Shown: positions 26,174-41,400 of the stretch, in pieces
Layout of the letters: every line of letters begins with the position of its first letter
Position numbering within the stretch: the first letter of the stretch is position 1
Program-made: the position numbers and the translations under genes
The notes under the pieces: generated by a model
Databases searched by the model: none
Told to the model about the DNA's origin: nothing
The model's input: only the letters and a program-made list of their open reading frames with translations
Assembly (NCBI RefSeq): GCF_037042905.1
Contig: NC_087246.1
Coordinates: 3,102,001 to 3,166,000, forward strand
Direction: 5' to 3'
Source of the DNA: Lytechinus pictus
Lineage: Eukaryota
Length of the DNA: 64,000 nucleotides

Positions 26174-29100
26174 CTTCAGTTTCACCTTCGTTTTTGCAGT
26201 TTCAGCCCCTGGATGTGTATGCCCACCAGCATTCGCCCATAATCAAAACAACTGTGAAGACTGGTAACAAATTTCCGAATGCTGATGTGCTTACCGTATA
26301 CTAGGAGTACGCATTTCTTTGAGGTCGAGTTGTGACTCCACTCTCTCTCGAAAAGACGTCATTATGTAAACCACGGACCTATTATTAACCAAGGGGACCA
26401 GTCCATAGAGATGTATACTAATTACGCGTACCACAAGGGCAGTCCAGTCTCGATGGCGAACTACTTTAATTCCGGCATAAATTCGGACAAAATGTAGCGA
26501 CTTCCCAGATTATTTTTTATGATTTATGAAGGGGTCACTGGCGTATACATGGGGGAGGCTCTTGAAAAACAAATTAGATCATAAAGGATTCCATATAGGT
26601 GGATCCAGGAGGGGGGGGGGAGAGGCAGATCGAGCTGAGGGAGCAAAAAAAAGAAAACAGGGGGAAACAAAAAAAACACAGAAAAAGAGAGGAGAAAAAA
26701 GAAGGGGAAACATAAGAGGAGGAAGACGAGTGAATAAAAAGATGAGGGGAAGACTTGGAAAATGATAAAAATAATCTTTCACGTCACTAAAATTTTTGCT
26801 CACACTTCACGCTTGTAGGCATCTTGCTCAATATGACCTTAAAATATCAAATTTTAAAATCAATACACAAAACATATTTCAGCTTGGTAGCGAACTTTCA
26901 TTAATTAGTTTGATTTACAAATTGATATGTGAAAAGTGCTCTGTACAGTAGTAAAAAAATGCTGTTTTATGGTCTGCAATTAAGTTTGATTTGTCAGGTA
27001 GGGGAGACCGGGGAGAAGAGACATGTGGAGAAATGGGACACTGGCCTTGAAAAATAATTAGCCAATCAGCAAGCCGGTTACATCAGTAAAAAGAATACTG
27101 TAAATTAGGAAAGTAATGTGCAATACATGTCGACCCTAGCTGCAAAAATAAGTTTCAGCAATAACTTTGACTGAAGAAACATTTGAATGCATACAATTAC
27201 ACATATACAAATCAATAAGCGGGGAGATGGAGTCCTCAGTTCTCTCATTTCATATTCACGATTTCACTGAATAAAGGCAGAATTTTGAAACATCTTCTCT
27301 TTTTTTTTATTCTTTGTCTGATTTGAAACTTTCAGTGCTTTATTTGTTCATCTGTTCATGGATCCTGCTATCTGTTCAAGTCATAATAATTTTCAGCCTG
27401 GAGCATATACTCCTTTAAAATCCCTCAAAACATCCCAAGCTCACACAGATGAAAGCAGTCAAAAGTTCAAAGCAGCTTCACTATAGGTTCAATTTTCTCC
27501 ATTGACAATTGCTCCAATGGAACTACATAAAGTGTCATCTCCGATACTAAATTAACCCTTACCCTTATTTTTACATTTTTCTGAACAAAAATTAGATTAC
27601 AATCCTGACTCTAACTCTATGCCCTAGATATCAACACCAGAGCAAATATCGCCAGAGCAAATGTCGTGTCACCTCTGTATACTCGTACATCCCAGTCTGT
27701 TTGTTCGCCTATCTTAACAACTTCTATAAGTTACAGCTGTAACACATACTGAATAAGCAGGCATATCATTCTAATTATCTCTTCCATAACTACATGTCTC
27801 ACTTCCTGTATCATGAAGACATGTTAATAATTTTTATGCAAAATTTTTAAAAACAAGTTTATGATCAGCCAATCAAATTGGATTGTTTCAGTCATTTTCA
27901 ACTGTTATTGCAAATTTGTTGACATGTTTTATGAAACAGGTCACACAGCCATTATCATTCAATGTTCTAATGATATACACTACACAGTATCACATCAGGT
28001 ATATGGAGGCAGATATATAGGCAAAGCTAGCAAATCTCACCTCTTTTGCAAGCTCTAAAACTAAATTTTAATACATTTGTCCCTATTGTTCATCAGACAA
28101 TATCATCCAAGATTTTCCCTTTACCCCTTTTTTTTTGGGGGGGGGGTGCCACCTGGAAATATTGCTTGGGGCTCCTGAATCTTCCTGATACTCCACTTGA
28201 TCATGGCTCTTTTCATTCTCTCTTAAAACCTGTCTAAAGCTTTGGTAAAGGTCATTAATGTGAACTCCGGCATCATCCAACATTAGTGGTCATTGGATGT
28301 TTTATCAGCTGTTCGATTTTGGATTTGACTTTGAGCTTCCTCTCTCAGTAATGTTATTAGTTTTGTTTAAGAAATAGCCTGTTGAGAAAGACTATATCCT
28401 GAAAAATTCCGCCCATGTATGAGAACAGGGTTATATAAACCAGACAAAAATATACAGTTGTATTTATTGGGCACCCGATCGAAATGAATTTCGATGTAAA
28501 ACTGGTAAATAAATCCATTTTAAATTCTTCAAACTGTTCTAAGGCACACACATTCACATAATCTAGTAATCAATTAGAATAGTGACTTATGGAGGATTTA
28601 CCAAAACTAAAGATAAGCTGATGTACATGGGTGGGGGTCAGAGGTCCCCACCCCATAGTCAGGGAGATGCTAAAAATAGCCCAGTCATTTGAGGGGTTAA
28701 GTCTGATGCCACAAATTTATGTTCTATTTCAAATTAATACTCATCTTCATTCAAAAATCAGTTAAAGTACCAATAAATACAAAGAAATATCAATTCAAAT
28801 ATGAACCTTTATTCAATATTTTCAATATAACTGCTTTAAAACAGCAATCTGAGCTATAATTTGTAACTCCTTGTTAAATAACAATCCCAAGCTCACACAT
28901 AGTTTACAAAATACAATGATAGAGACTTTCTACATCATGTTTCACATGATAGCTGCAGAATATCTCCCTTAAAAGTAATAAAATATAGTTCAAAACTAAT
29001 TATTTCCTTTCAAGTAATAGGCAAAAACAAAGAAAAAAAGGGTTTTGTTTTACCCAACTGAATATTCCCTTAGTCGCATGCTGTATATACCTTATTTTAT

Positions 29101-30618
29101 TTTAATCGGTAAAGGTGATGTTCAGTGATCACAATAAACTGCGATAAGATAGAATAACTCTATCATTATTATTTCTAAAAATGCAACCTAAAATAGCTTA
29201 TTTATTGGGGAAAATTATGTTTGTGAAGGAACAGTATTTATATAACACACACATATTCTTCTTCTGTAAATCATCATACTCTATGATCAAATATATATTA
29301 TAGAAACTATATGCCAGCTTTTTGAAGGTGACATAAAATCAAGACAGTTATTTTAGTTATTTGATGTATCTGATACATGAAACAAATGAAAAAATATAGG
29401 AATACATTATTCTGCATAAACATAGATTTTTAAAAAAGTGATGACCAAGAACAGTATGGAAGTAAAGTCAAACTTTCATTTTTGTTTGAATTTTTAATAA
29501 ACAATTTATACTTTCCATCTTTATATTTCATTTCAAAAGTCCAAACACTCAAAATCACTGAATATTGATGAAACTAATATAAAAGTACATGAGTTATATT
29601 ACATCCAGCTTCTCATTTGTCATAAAAGCGATTCAAGAATTCAATTAGATGTAAGCTCAAAAGTTTGAAAGGGGTTGAGCAAGATAAATCTTGATGCCAG
29701 CATTACAATAGCTTCATGACAATCATCGGTGGTATTCAATTTACAATGTGCCCAATGTATTGCTACTGTCTACCATCCATTACAAACAACTTTTCATTCT
29801 CAACATATATTCACTCTAGTATTGTATAAACACTTCAAATCCTACCTGAATGCTGCATTCCCATTTTTTTTAATTGGATAATTTGAAAAATACTCTCATA
29901 TTATAACTCTTACAGTCTTGAAACTTTAGTTCAATACATTGGTTACAAAGTTGAAATGCATAAACATGATCATTAAATGCCTCCTATCAAATCGTTTAAT
30001 GCAAGTACTATGGCACCCAATCTCTGGCTTGAGAAATAGAAAAGGTCCTTATATCTAATTAAAATGTACATGAATGATAAAAAAATCAAGGAAAAACTTC
30101 TAACACCACAAACCTTTAGAAGCTATTGTATTCCATGCATATTGTGCATTATTACATTACACATTTTTATGATAAATTGCGAATAAAATGTCTTCAAAAT
30201 CTGAAGAGCATTATATTCTGGTTGGGATAAAGCCCTCCTTGCTCAAAACATGTCACATACGCGTAGTCTACATATTGATAAATTGCTACTTGGTCAAATC
30301 CAACTTTTTCATACCTATAATGAACCACATGGTCATTAGATGAAATGGAAAAGAATTGGACAAGTTGCAATCAGGCCATTTGATTAATAAATGGATTAGC
30401 CAAATAGGTTATTAGACAGAGTGATAACAGGATCACACAACAATTTGACAAAACAAATCATAGACCAAATGGGTAAGCCATAATTGTGTAAAGATGATCT
30501 GGTAATTAGACTAACTGGTATTAGTCTATAACCTACATGTTAGACAACCAAATCTCCATATACTTAGAGGACAACATTATTTCATTCACATTTTCAAATT
30601 TTGAACTCATTGTTTTAA

Positions 30619-31388
30619 CCCTATCTAGGCCGGGGTATTTTGAGAGTTCATATGGCCGGGGGGGGGGGGGCCTCCCAGGCCCCCCCCCTTGAGAACTCGG
30701 CTGTAAACCGCGCGATCGCGCCGAAAATTGGCATGCAGGTTGTCTGGGATATAATCTACAAAATTGTATAGTAATTTATTTCGTGCGAATTGTTATTAAG
30801 TAATTATGCTAATTTATGCGTAATTAGTATGCGAAATCATACTTTATCCTCTAACTTCATAAATAAAGCTCCAAATGTTCTAATTTTTGGCATAGAAACT
30901 CTTTGTGGTGTTCTTAGCAAGTTTCCTTGAAAAAATTTTGATATCAGATCAATTTCTAATGTATTATATTGTTTTTTGCAATTTCTTATGTATTTCATTG
31001 TTTTTTGGACCCTTTGTTTTTCATTGTTTTTTCAATGAAATTCGTTGGGAACTCTTCTAAGATCATAAACAGCATAAAATACATGGATTTAGACCAGCAA
31101 AACTAAAAATAATGATACATTTATAATTTTTGGTTGAAAACACAATTTACATTGACTTTGTACACGAAATCACGTTTTTGAGCAATTTTTGGTCTGACAT
31201 GCACTTACATAACGTTGCGTAATTTCGGAACCGCGTACCCAGGTGACACAAAATTGGTCTCAAAAGTTGCGCAAGACTTAAAGTAAAAAGTCAGCGAGCA
31301 GCGCGGCCAAAAAATTTTGTGCGGCGAAATTATTGCGCCACTCGTTGAGGGGGGGGGGGGCTCGGAGGCCCCCCCGGCCTAGATATGG
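30619..31388. mobile_element. piggyBac-type non-autonomous element (MITE)
   Basis: TTAA TSD at 30615-30618 and 31389-31392. Termini CCCTATCTAGGCCGGGG / CCCCGGCCTAGATATGG. Subterminal G-run/C-run hairpins at both ends. Confidence 0.85.
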
Positions 31389-32485
31389 TTAAGCAGTCAT
31401 TTATATCTCAGAGTAATTTCTCATGTATATACCATACCATTAATTGTCTCTCTTCCAGAAGTAAAAAGACGGAGAAAATGATGATTAAAACCTAAACTGC
31501 TTTTTAATTGGATATCGTTTGTAATGTGCATTTGTCCAGTTTACAGAAAAATCCAATAAGCAAAGATAGTGAATTTAGCAAATTTATGACACATGCCTCT
31601 ACAAATATTCAAAATTAAAACAAATACTTCAGGCCAGCCGACATAAAATCTGTCATTAATCACATTTAAAGTCTGACAAAATACAAATCTTCTTTATTGT
31701 TATTAATTTGATCATATAACATATAGTTTAAAAGCCCCAAACTCTTATATAGAATATCTTTCCCCATGCAATGACAAGGTTCACAAAGCTTGTTTCCTTT
31801 CAATTACAACAGAGTAAGTTGCATTAATTCACCTTTACACAAATGAACGAGACTGTGATGATGAATGAACCCCCTAAACCCTGCATTTCAGATTTTCATA
31901 TATTTTGCATGTCTCTTAGGCCAAGAGAATGGAATCAAATATCAATGCCTACTAAGTCAAACTGAATGTCTTTGCTTTTATGCATTACCATAAATCCCTT
32001 CCCAATTGTCAAGAGTTACAATTGATGAATCAATAATTGAATAGCACTGCTGAGTATCTTCTTTACACAACTCAGAGTGACAAATTGTCAAGGAAAGGGA
32101 AACGATGAACAGAAAGATAAAAAGAGCTTTGAAGAAAGACTCAGATGGATAGAAAGATATGAAACAATAGAGGATTATACAGAAAGAGAAGATGAATATA
32201 GAAGTGATAGACAGAGAACAAAAACATGATAAACACATTATAAAGAGAGGGGTAGAGGGCAAAAAGAGGGGCGATGAGAGAAGGGTGTGGGGGTGCATTA
32301 GGATGGTATAAGTACAGGACTACAAGAGGCATAGACCTATAATAGTATCACCAAACATTCTCAAATCTTTCATTGGCAAGGCTTGCAGAGATTTGTGAAT
32401 TCTCACACTTTCCACCCATTGCATTGGCTTCTCATACACACAACACCGATGATCCAGACAACGGAACATCTTTAAAGATGAGTTA

Positions 32486-35400
32486 CTACTTCTGCGGTGA
32501 GCAAGGTAGAGGGATCATTATCTTGGTTTCCATACGTCGGATCAGAGGCACTGTATATGATTCAAAAGTAGAGTAGATCAGAATTAATAAAATTACCATT
32601 GAATTCCATGTAATTGATTTTAAGAGACCAGTAGGGTCTTGATATATAAGGTGTTTGTCATCTCTGGTTGAAGTGTTTTGTCTGTTCAATGCATTGGAGG
32701 GCAAATCTCAGACAAAAATTGAGGTAGTGATTACAGGGAGAGGGGAGATGGTGCAAAAAGTCCCATTGAACAAACTTGCAAAGACGCTGGGAAATATCTG
32801 CAGGGTGTCACATATGATAATAATTAAATGAAATGCATTTTTTATAAGATTTTTTAATTATTTCCCTCAAATTAGTTGACTTCATTATTGCAGATCATTT
32901 TGATCAGATAGCATTTCAAACTTAGCTTTACAAAAAAGGTGAAAAATTGATAGCTTTTTGTATGTATTATTTTCAACAATTATTTTGATACAATTTATTA
33001 CTGAATATGTTCCCGAATAATTACAACGAAAAAATTATAGAAATAAACAGTCAAATGACATCATGGTTAAAAAGATATCTAACTTTGTTAGAAAGAGTAA
33101 CTGTGGTAAAATCCTTGTTGGTTTCTAAGCTTAATTACCTCATTATGTCTCTTCCGAATCCTAGTGACAAAGTTTTAAGGAATTACACTAAAATTCATAT
33201 GGGAGAAAAAAACGGACAAAGTTTGTAGGATTCATACATGAATGTCCCAAACATATTTAAACAGCGGGGTTAAAATGATAGACATATATTCACACTGTCA
33301 ATCATTAAAGATTTCTTGGATTAGGAGAATTGTAAAAGGATCAATTGATAGTTACATTCTATGCTTTCTTTCGTCATCCTTGCCAAGAAAACAAGATGTT
33401 CTTTTGTATATGACATACATGGGTAGTCACTACTTTCGGGAAATATCAAAACAGACCTATAAATCTTTCTGGAGTAAAATGTTTTTTGCTTATAATAATT
33501 TCTTAACTATCTATTATAATAATAATGTTAATGTAAAATTGTATCTTCACATCCTTTATGGAATAATAACAAAATAGGCAATTTGCCAATATATAGGAAG
33601 AAATGGAGTAAAAGGGGTATTCATTTCATTAACGATATTTTGGATGGAGGGCATTTTTTATCTTTCAAAGATTTTCAGGATCTTTATGATGTCCAATCAA
33701 ATTTCTTTTTTATCATTCATTGTGTGTTGCTATCAAGGAAGCCTTCAAAAGGTCCACATTCGATAGAATCCCCCAACCATTAATTCCAGATGTGCTATCA
33801 TTTATTACTAAACATAAAAAAGGATGCGCGCATATTTATTCCATTTTATTGAAACAACAAATAACAGAAAACAAAAGCTTTCTTAAATGGAAGTGCATAT
33901 TTGATCTGAACGATAAAAAGTGGGAATCTTATTGCTCATTGGGTTTTCAGTGTACCATTGATGTAACATTGCGTTGGTTTCTATATATGGTTGTGCAACG
34001 TATATTATTTACAAATTATTTGCTTTTCAAATTGAAACTAATTTCAGTAAACATATGCACCTTCTGTCGAAAAGAAATCGAAACGGTTTTGCATCTATAC
34101 TCGGAGTGCAGGCATGTTAATCACATTTGGAAAGTGTTAGAGGACTGGATTAGGACCAAAACCAGAGAGAATCTACATTTTTTAGATGAAAATAAAATAT
34201 TCGCATTTATTGGAAAAAACAATTGTGCACTTAATTGTATTTTGATTATAGTAAGAAAAACTGTTTATGATTGTAAAATAAACAATACAATTCCTCTTTT
34301 CAGTACCATTAAATCCTCAATAATCAATTATTACCAAAATGAGAAATACATTGCCCAACTAAATTTCAAACAACGCAGATTTGACAAAAGATGGTTTCGA
34401 TTGAAAAATCTCTTCATTGTTTGACTTAAACATGTAAAACTATTTTGTTACACTTGTCAGTTCATTGTTTATATCAGTGATTGTATTATTCATTGTACTC
34501 TGTATCTATTGACTTTTAATTGCCAATAAAATCCCTGTGTAGGGGAAAAAGATTTTTTTTAATAAATATATTCCCGAATTTAATTTTGATCATTTCTAAT
34601 GGAGAAATGGATGGATACTAGCAGTGGTTTGTAGAAATTTCATGAAACTTAGTATTTTCCATTTGTTTGTACACATATTTTAAAAAGATGTAAAGTGACC
34701 TCTTGCCTAATTTCATTAGCTTGGAACCAAAGCATACATGAAACTTGAAAGGAGTAAGTAGTAATTGCTAACTTTGATTTTATTAATAGGGATCATTCAA
34801 TTGACCACTGGCCTTCCAGTTGGTTTAGAGTTAAAACACACAGGGCCGTATTCTCAAAAGAGGTTTCAAATGTACCATGGTACTAAACCATGTAATACGG
34901 GTACGCAGATTTCTTGTGTTATTGCGCTTTATTCAAACATGAATTAAGCGAAGGGCGCTTTAAAAAAGTGACTTTTCTCAGTGTATGCAATAAAATAAGC
35001 ATACTTACATACACAAAATCTGCATTGTTTATGGTTCTGTACCATGGTACGATTGAAACCTCCTTTGTGAATACAGGCCAAGTGAATGAATACTTCACTC
35101 CATAAAGTAAAGTCACAAACACTTACACTTTTTTTTGGTTTATTATTTGTGTCTTACTTGCCAAAGGGACCAAATATCACACATAGATCCCTACTGTTTC
35201 AAGCATATTATGAGTTCATAATAATAATATTAAGATAATAATATTTAGTCTTCTGTATGTTAAGAACACTAACCAGTATATGCAACACAATCATCCCAAC
35301 CAGGTTTTCTCCACGCTGCATCTCTGATCTCTTTCCTAGTCTGAAGATCTTTGTAAGCTGTATGGCAAACATAAACATGGAGTCTTTATAATTATATACT

Positions 35401-38400
35401 ATGTAACTGTGATGAATTCTCTGGGGATTTTTTCATATGATCAAATTCTGGTTTCAATCAAAGGGGGAAATTCAATAAAATAATCACAATTTTTTATATC
35501 TAAACCATTTTTATTTTTCATTCTTACTTCGATTCATGAACTGCTCAAGCCATAATCATTTGAAAGAATGATCTTTTTTTTAATAAACTATATACCAGAG
35601 AGAAAAAAAACATGTCTGGAAGATCCCATATGTAGAGGAACAAACTTTATAGAAATGTCCATACATTGATTTTAACAAATAAATCCTTGCCTTTAATTGC
35701 AAGACAAAGACAAGTTATGAAGTATTGAATGTAATATATGAAACAATTGGATATTTTGCCTATATATCTTCATTTAAAGCATTTCACTTAGAAGACTAAA
35801 CATGACCTCAACATCACATTTTGCCTGAATTTTAAACCTTTAAGATTTTTTTGCAAACTGATTGACTCCATTTCATTACAATTTTACACATCAGAAATAA
35901 TACTAGAATACTAAAAGAAACATCCTTTTGTATATATACCTGTATATAAATAGAGCTAGGTCCCATAACACAAAGCTTAGGAATCTTAGAACACTTTTAT
36001 GCTTTATTGCATTGACTACAATGTAAAATTAATCATTGAAGTATTTTGCTAACCTTTGTGTGCTTGATTGCATTGACTACAATGTAAAATTAATCATTGA
36101 AGTATTTTGCGAACCTTTGTGTGCTTGATTGCATTGAATACAATGTAAAATTAATCATTGAAGTATTTTGCTAACCTTTGTGTGCTTGATTGCATTGACT
36201 ACAATGTAAAATTAATCATTGAAGTATTTTGCTAACCTTTGTGTAACAGGACCCCGATCAGTAAAAAGCCACAAGATACTGTTGAAACTAATTCAGTCAT
36301 TGAACGAATTAAGGGAAATTTTTCATAGAATTGCAGCACATCATTTTTCTAATAGCATTAATATTAGTTACTTTCGAGGTTTAGAGGATGAATATCAAGA
36401 CGAACAATACAAACCCCATATGTGATGAACAAGATAGAGATCTCCTATCTGTGTAAAGAGACCTAAGACTGATTCACTCTGTTCCCTCCGATGAACGATT
36501 CCCTTTGCCCTGAGATGGGGAAGGGGGTAAAAATGAAAACATACATTATTTTTTAAATGCCTAATAAGCAATAATACCATGTCTACAGGTAACCCAGAGA
36601 GCTCCCGCCCGCGCAGCGGGCGGGAGCCCAGAAGCTTACCGTGTATTTTACCATTGTCACCGGACTAGGGTGATTTATGGTCTAAATATTTCTCCAAATG
36701 AATTGTGAAAACAGAAAGTATACAATTACCACGATTATATGGATGAAGGTCTAACGAGTGGCAGATTCCTGACATCTGGGCACAGTCTGGAACCTCAAAA
36801 AAACGAAAAGTTCTCTCCTTCTACCCCGTCTCGATCGGCCATTTTTGTTAAAAATCGTAACAAAATGGCCGATCGAGACTGGGTAGAAGGAGAGAACTTT
36901 TCGTTTTTTTGAGGTTCCAGACTGTGCCCAGATGTCAGGAATCTGCCACTCGTTAGACCTTCATCCATATAATCGTGGTAATTGTATACTTTCCATTTTC
37001 ACAATTCATTTGGAGAAATATTTAGACCATAAATCACCCTAGTCCGGTGACAATGGTAAAATACACGGTAAGCTTCTGGGCTCCCGCCCGCTGTGCGGGC
37101 GGGAGCTCTCTGGGTTAGTCTACAGGAGGAGGAAGAACAAGAAGCAGAAGAATATTATTAAAGACGAAGTAGTAGTACACAAGTAAACATACATGCAGGT
37201 TGTCTAAATTGTTCGACCAACTAATGGATCATTAATGAGTCATGCATTTTGATAGAAAATTGTTTAAATTCCTTCTATTGTATGTGATTTTATTATTATG
37301 TTTCTGAGGTTTAATCAAATTTAAAAAGACTTGTAGTACTCACCAGTTGTTTCCCCATTCGATTAATGTTCCAGGCTGAAAATACAAAAAAAAATTAAAT
37401 AGAAATGTATTAATACTAGGATAGTGAGACTAGAGGAGATAAGTTTTAAACCTAACTTTGGAACATTAATATCTTTCTGTTCATTTCTGCTAATGATTTA
37501 TTGTAAAAATCAACAAGGCGACAGGCTGACAAGCACATGATTTTCTGTTCCTTTACAACTTGATGATGTAAACCTTCAAACCTCATTGCAAAAATAAAGT
37601 TAGTTACAATGATACATTAAAAAGAAAGAAAGGGACAGGGAGGAGGGCAAGGAAAAGAGAGGGACATTAATGTGAACGAACAGGGGACTTATAGTTTGAA
37701 AGAAAAATCAGACAGACGGCACTATTTTGCCAGTCCCTTAACAGTTAACAGAGTAACCATGCACCTCAGCCAATTAAAAACCAAGTATTTCGCTATAATT
37801 GATGTTGACTAACAAGCTGACATTAGTATCAGCAAACAAAGAGGCCAAGCTACCTACCCTGAGATGATAACTTCTGAGTTCATAAAGATGTGATGTATCT
37901 CTCTGAGGGGGATCGCCCCAGAATGAGAAAGGCATGAGAAGTTGATTACTCCTACCAACCAACATCTCACCACGTAACTTCTTGTATTCCAGATAATCCT
38001 ATTCAAACAATCATAACAAGATGTTAACAATACAATTAGATGCTTTTTACAATGTGATTCAATGAAGTTTCCTTTTCTTTATTTCATGACACACTCAAAC
38101 ATAATTAGAAAAGTGGCAAAAGCCAAAATCAATAAATAACTAAATATCATGTGTTTACAAACACAAGGCCTCAACATGAGAATCGTAATTTTTAAAGAAA
38201 CAAGATATATGTATTTGACTACCAATTGGATATGAACTTAATGGGAATTTTACATTTTGAGTAATGAATAGATTTGCTTGGTAGAAAAGGAATCTTCCTG
38301 ATTTTGATCGTTTTCAACTAAATATTTTCAAGGTGATATGGACAATAGATGGTCATTTCCAGGATAAAGATGTAAAATACAAATTTGCAGAAACTTTGGG

Positions 38401-41400
38401 GGATTCTTGTTTGTCAAAATAGGAGAATGTTTATATTCTAACATTTGACATGTATAAGATCACTATCTACATTGTCTTCTTCATAAAAACAACAAAAAGA
38501 CATCTTCCAAACAGTTGCTTGGAAAGGAGTTCACACAACAGAGCAACAGCTGGCTTATGTGATGCAAAAATATCATCTAGTTAATAAAACTAAAGCTATC
38601 CATTATAATTATTGATATTATCATTCAATGTTATTATTTTTTCGACACATTTTTATTGAGGGCCGTTGTCAAACTATCCTCTTATTTTTTTACTGCTGTG
38701 CATTTAAGAAAATACTATTGCTCTAAATGTTATCATAAAGATGGCCAGTTTGGTCTTAGGACAAAGAGGGGGGAGGAACTTTTCTAAATGAATGACTGCT
38801 ACATACCTTGTCTTCCCATAGCAGTTCTGACATCTTTTTTACCTCATCAAAACCTTTGTACATCCAAATGTGAACTGTGAGAAGAAAATCAACAAATAAC
38901 TGTTGAATTACAACGTTAGCCCATCACAGCGTGTAATTGGTTTTAACAAAAGAACTAGCAAATCAATGATGTGGTACATTAAAACCAGCATCTGGAAAAG
39001 AAATTAACACAATTGTTCATTTAAGTCCAGTTGACACTGTAGTTATTGGCAAACAAATCTTTATATTGGTAATATAAATTCAGGAAGTGCAAACTTTTTA
39101 CTCGATATTTCAGAATTCTGTGCAGGAAAATGTTGAACTTCATATGTAGCTCTACTAACAGGTCAAGATGTAAAGAAGAAAGTTTCTATGATTTCTTTTT
39201 CTATTCACACACAGCAAAAATTGTGAGATTGCAAGAGAAGAAAGGCTCAAACCTTGCATGACTGGAAATAGACCCGAAAGTTTCAAATCGACAGGTGCGC
39301 ACATACAAAGGGATTAATCACAATGCACTGTTGATCACGGGAAAGGAAAAAAAATGCTTTTTGATTTGGGAGATGACTCATACACATCATGATGATTTTA
39401 AAAAATGCACAAGAAGAACTGCAAATTAGATTACAATATGGTTCTTGAAATTTTTCTGTTCAAAGTTAAAAAACCACGATGCAAAAATCAATTAGCAAAT
39501 TTTTCTCTGTGTATGAATGCCACTTGTCACATATGATAATTATTGGGGAAATAAACATACAATATTCTCTTAATCTAAACAAGGTTCATTCCTGTATCAT
39601 ATTGAGATTTGGCATTTTGATTTATTGTTTGATTTATCACTATTACATGATCATGTTTTACCTGCTTGATCTTGTGGGCCAAAAGCAGTGCTCCAGCTTC
39701 CAAATAGTTCACAAGGGTAATCTGATTTCTCATGGACCCTCCTCAAATGATGATCTCTGATATTATCAAAAGATATGGGGAAAAATCAATCTAGAGTCAT
39801 CAGACAGCACAAGTCATTTAACAACTTTACGAGTCCCATAATATATATTTCATAGTAGACTAGTTTCCAGAGTTGTCAGATTCTCAGACAGTCTTTCTGT
39901 ATATTGCTCAAGGTGTTATTAATGGACAACAATTGATTTTCATATAACCCAGTATGCTTGCCATTTGTTGCTATGAATGGCAACTCTTAGGAAAGTTTTT
40001 GAGAACTAGCTCTTATAAAAAAAATGCACAAGACTATAATGCAAATAAAGTAATTAGATTTCCAAACCTATCCGTGGTGAAATTCTTATTTATTCCCTTA
40101 ACTTATAATTCTTAGGTGGGGTGACATGTGACCTTTGATCAGGTATTCATCTACATTTATCATTCTAGATCCTAATGTCATGAACAAGATCTAGACCTGA
40201 GTTTTTCTTTAGTCTTTTTCTTCAAATTACTTTAGGAGCTCTTCCGTCTAATGACAACAAACACTCTGCACAGGTGACACATCTATAATATACAGTATTT
40301 AATGAATTTATAAAAATGGGGCTCAACTTTTACATGTTTGGTCTTCTCTAACCCAAATAAGTGTTTAAACTCATTACTCTAACTCATAAGAAACCTGGAA
40401 ATATGTCATCTTCAATTTTACAGCAACAAAATGCAGAACAATATGGGTGGCCAAGAAACTACATGGTTGCATAAACTAATTGAGAGTCTTTGGGACACAA
40501 AAAAAATAATGAATCTCGCCCTTAATATACAGATCATGATACTTACGAGAGTTTAATATAATCACCCATGCAGTCTGGTTTGATGTTGTGCACTGTTTGA
40601 GAGAAAGAATGATGAATATTCAAATTCTTAGCATTGGCTTACTGAACATGATCAAAGTACACTAAGAAATTACAGAAAATGTGGGAACTCAATGTGACGT
40701 ATCTGACCAAAACGGCAAGTATACATCAATGGAGACTGGATAGGACTCCTGGGATAATGATGTTGTTGTTTTAGCTTTAAATACGGCGCGTATCATTCAG
40801 TAGTGAATATTTGCGCCAAAAATATGAGAAGGTATAGTTTATAATAAGCAAGATCATGTGATCATATGTACTTCTCTGTTTACATGCAAATCAAAAGTTT
40901 ATACATAACTCATCAGTTTACATGTAAATATCAGTTTGAACACAATTTGCAATTTCGTATTGTTTATTTCTATTATTTGCCAAATAAATAATAATAAATA
41001 ATAATATAATAATATTGGCATTTTGAAATATTTTATTCAATTAAAGTTTGACTAAGATTAGAAACAAATGCAGGACGATTTTCATTACTTGGAAAGAAAA
41101 ACTACATTTACTAACCTTGCATTTCATAGACTATATCCTTGTTAGTCAAAGCCATAGCATGAGATTTTGTTGCTGGCTCAACCCTCTTTACATGAAGAAG
41201 TTTGGAAAGCCATCCTTCTCCTCCTTCATTAGCATAGGTCCTATAAAGGTAGATAGATCTTATAAGTATATGTCATATCCAAGCTACATGTACACTCTCT
41301 CCTCCATAAATGATCATGTTATTAGGCCTAAAAATAAAAAAATAGAATGTTGCCCCCATTCGACTGACTGGAAAATAAAAGTGAAATACAGGGTAGCTAT

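Noticed and set aside
36007..36243. Regular repeats that might suggest a CRISPR array
   Set aside because: Contiguous 61-bp tandem units with no unique spacers and no cas genes, in a eukaryotic intron.
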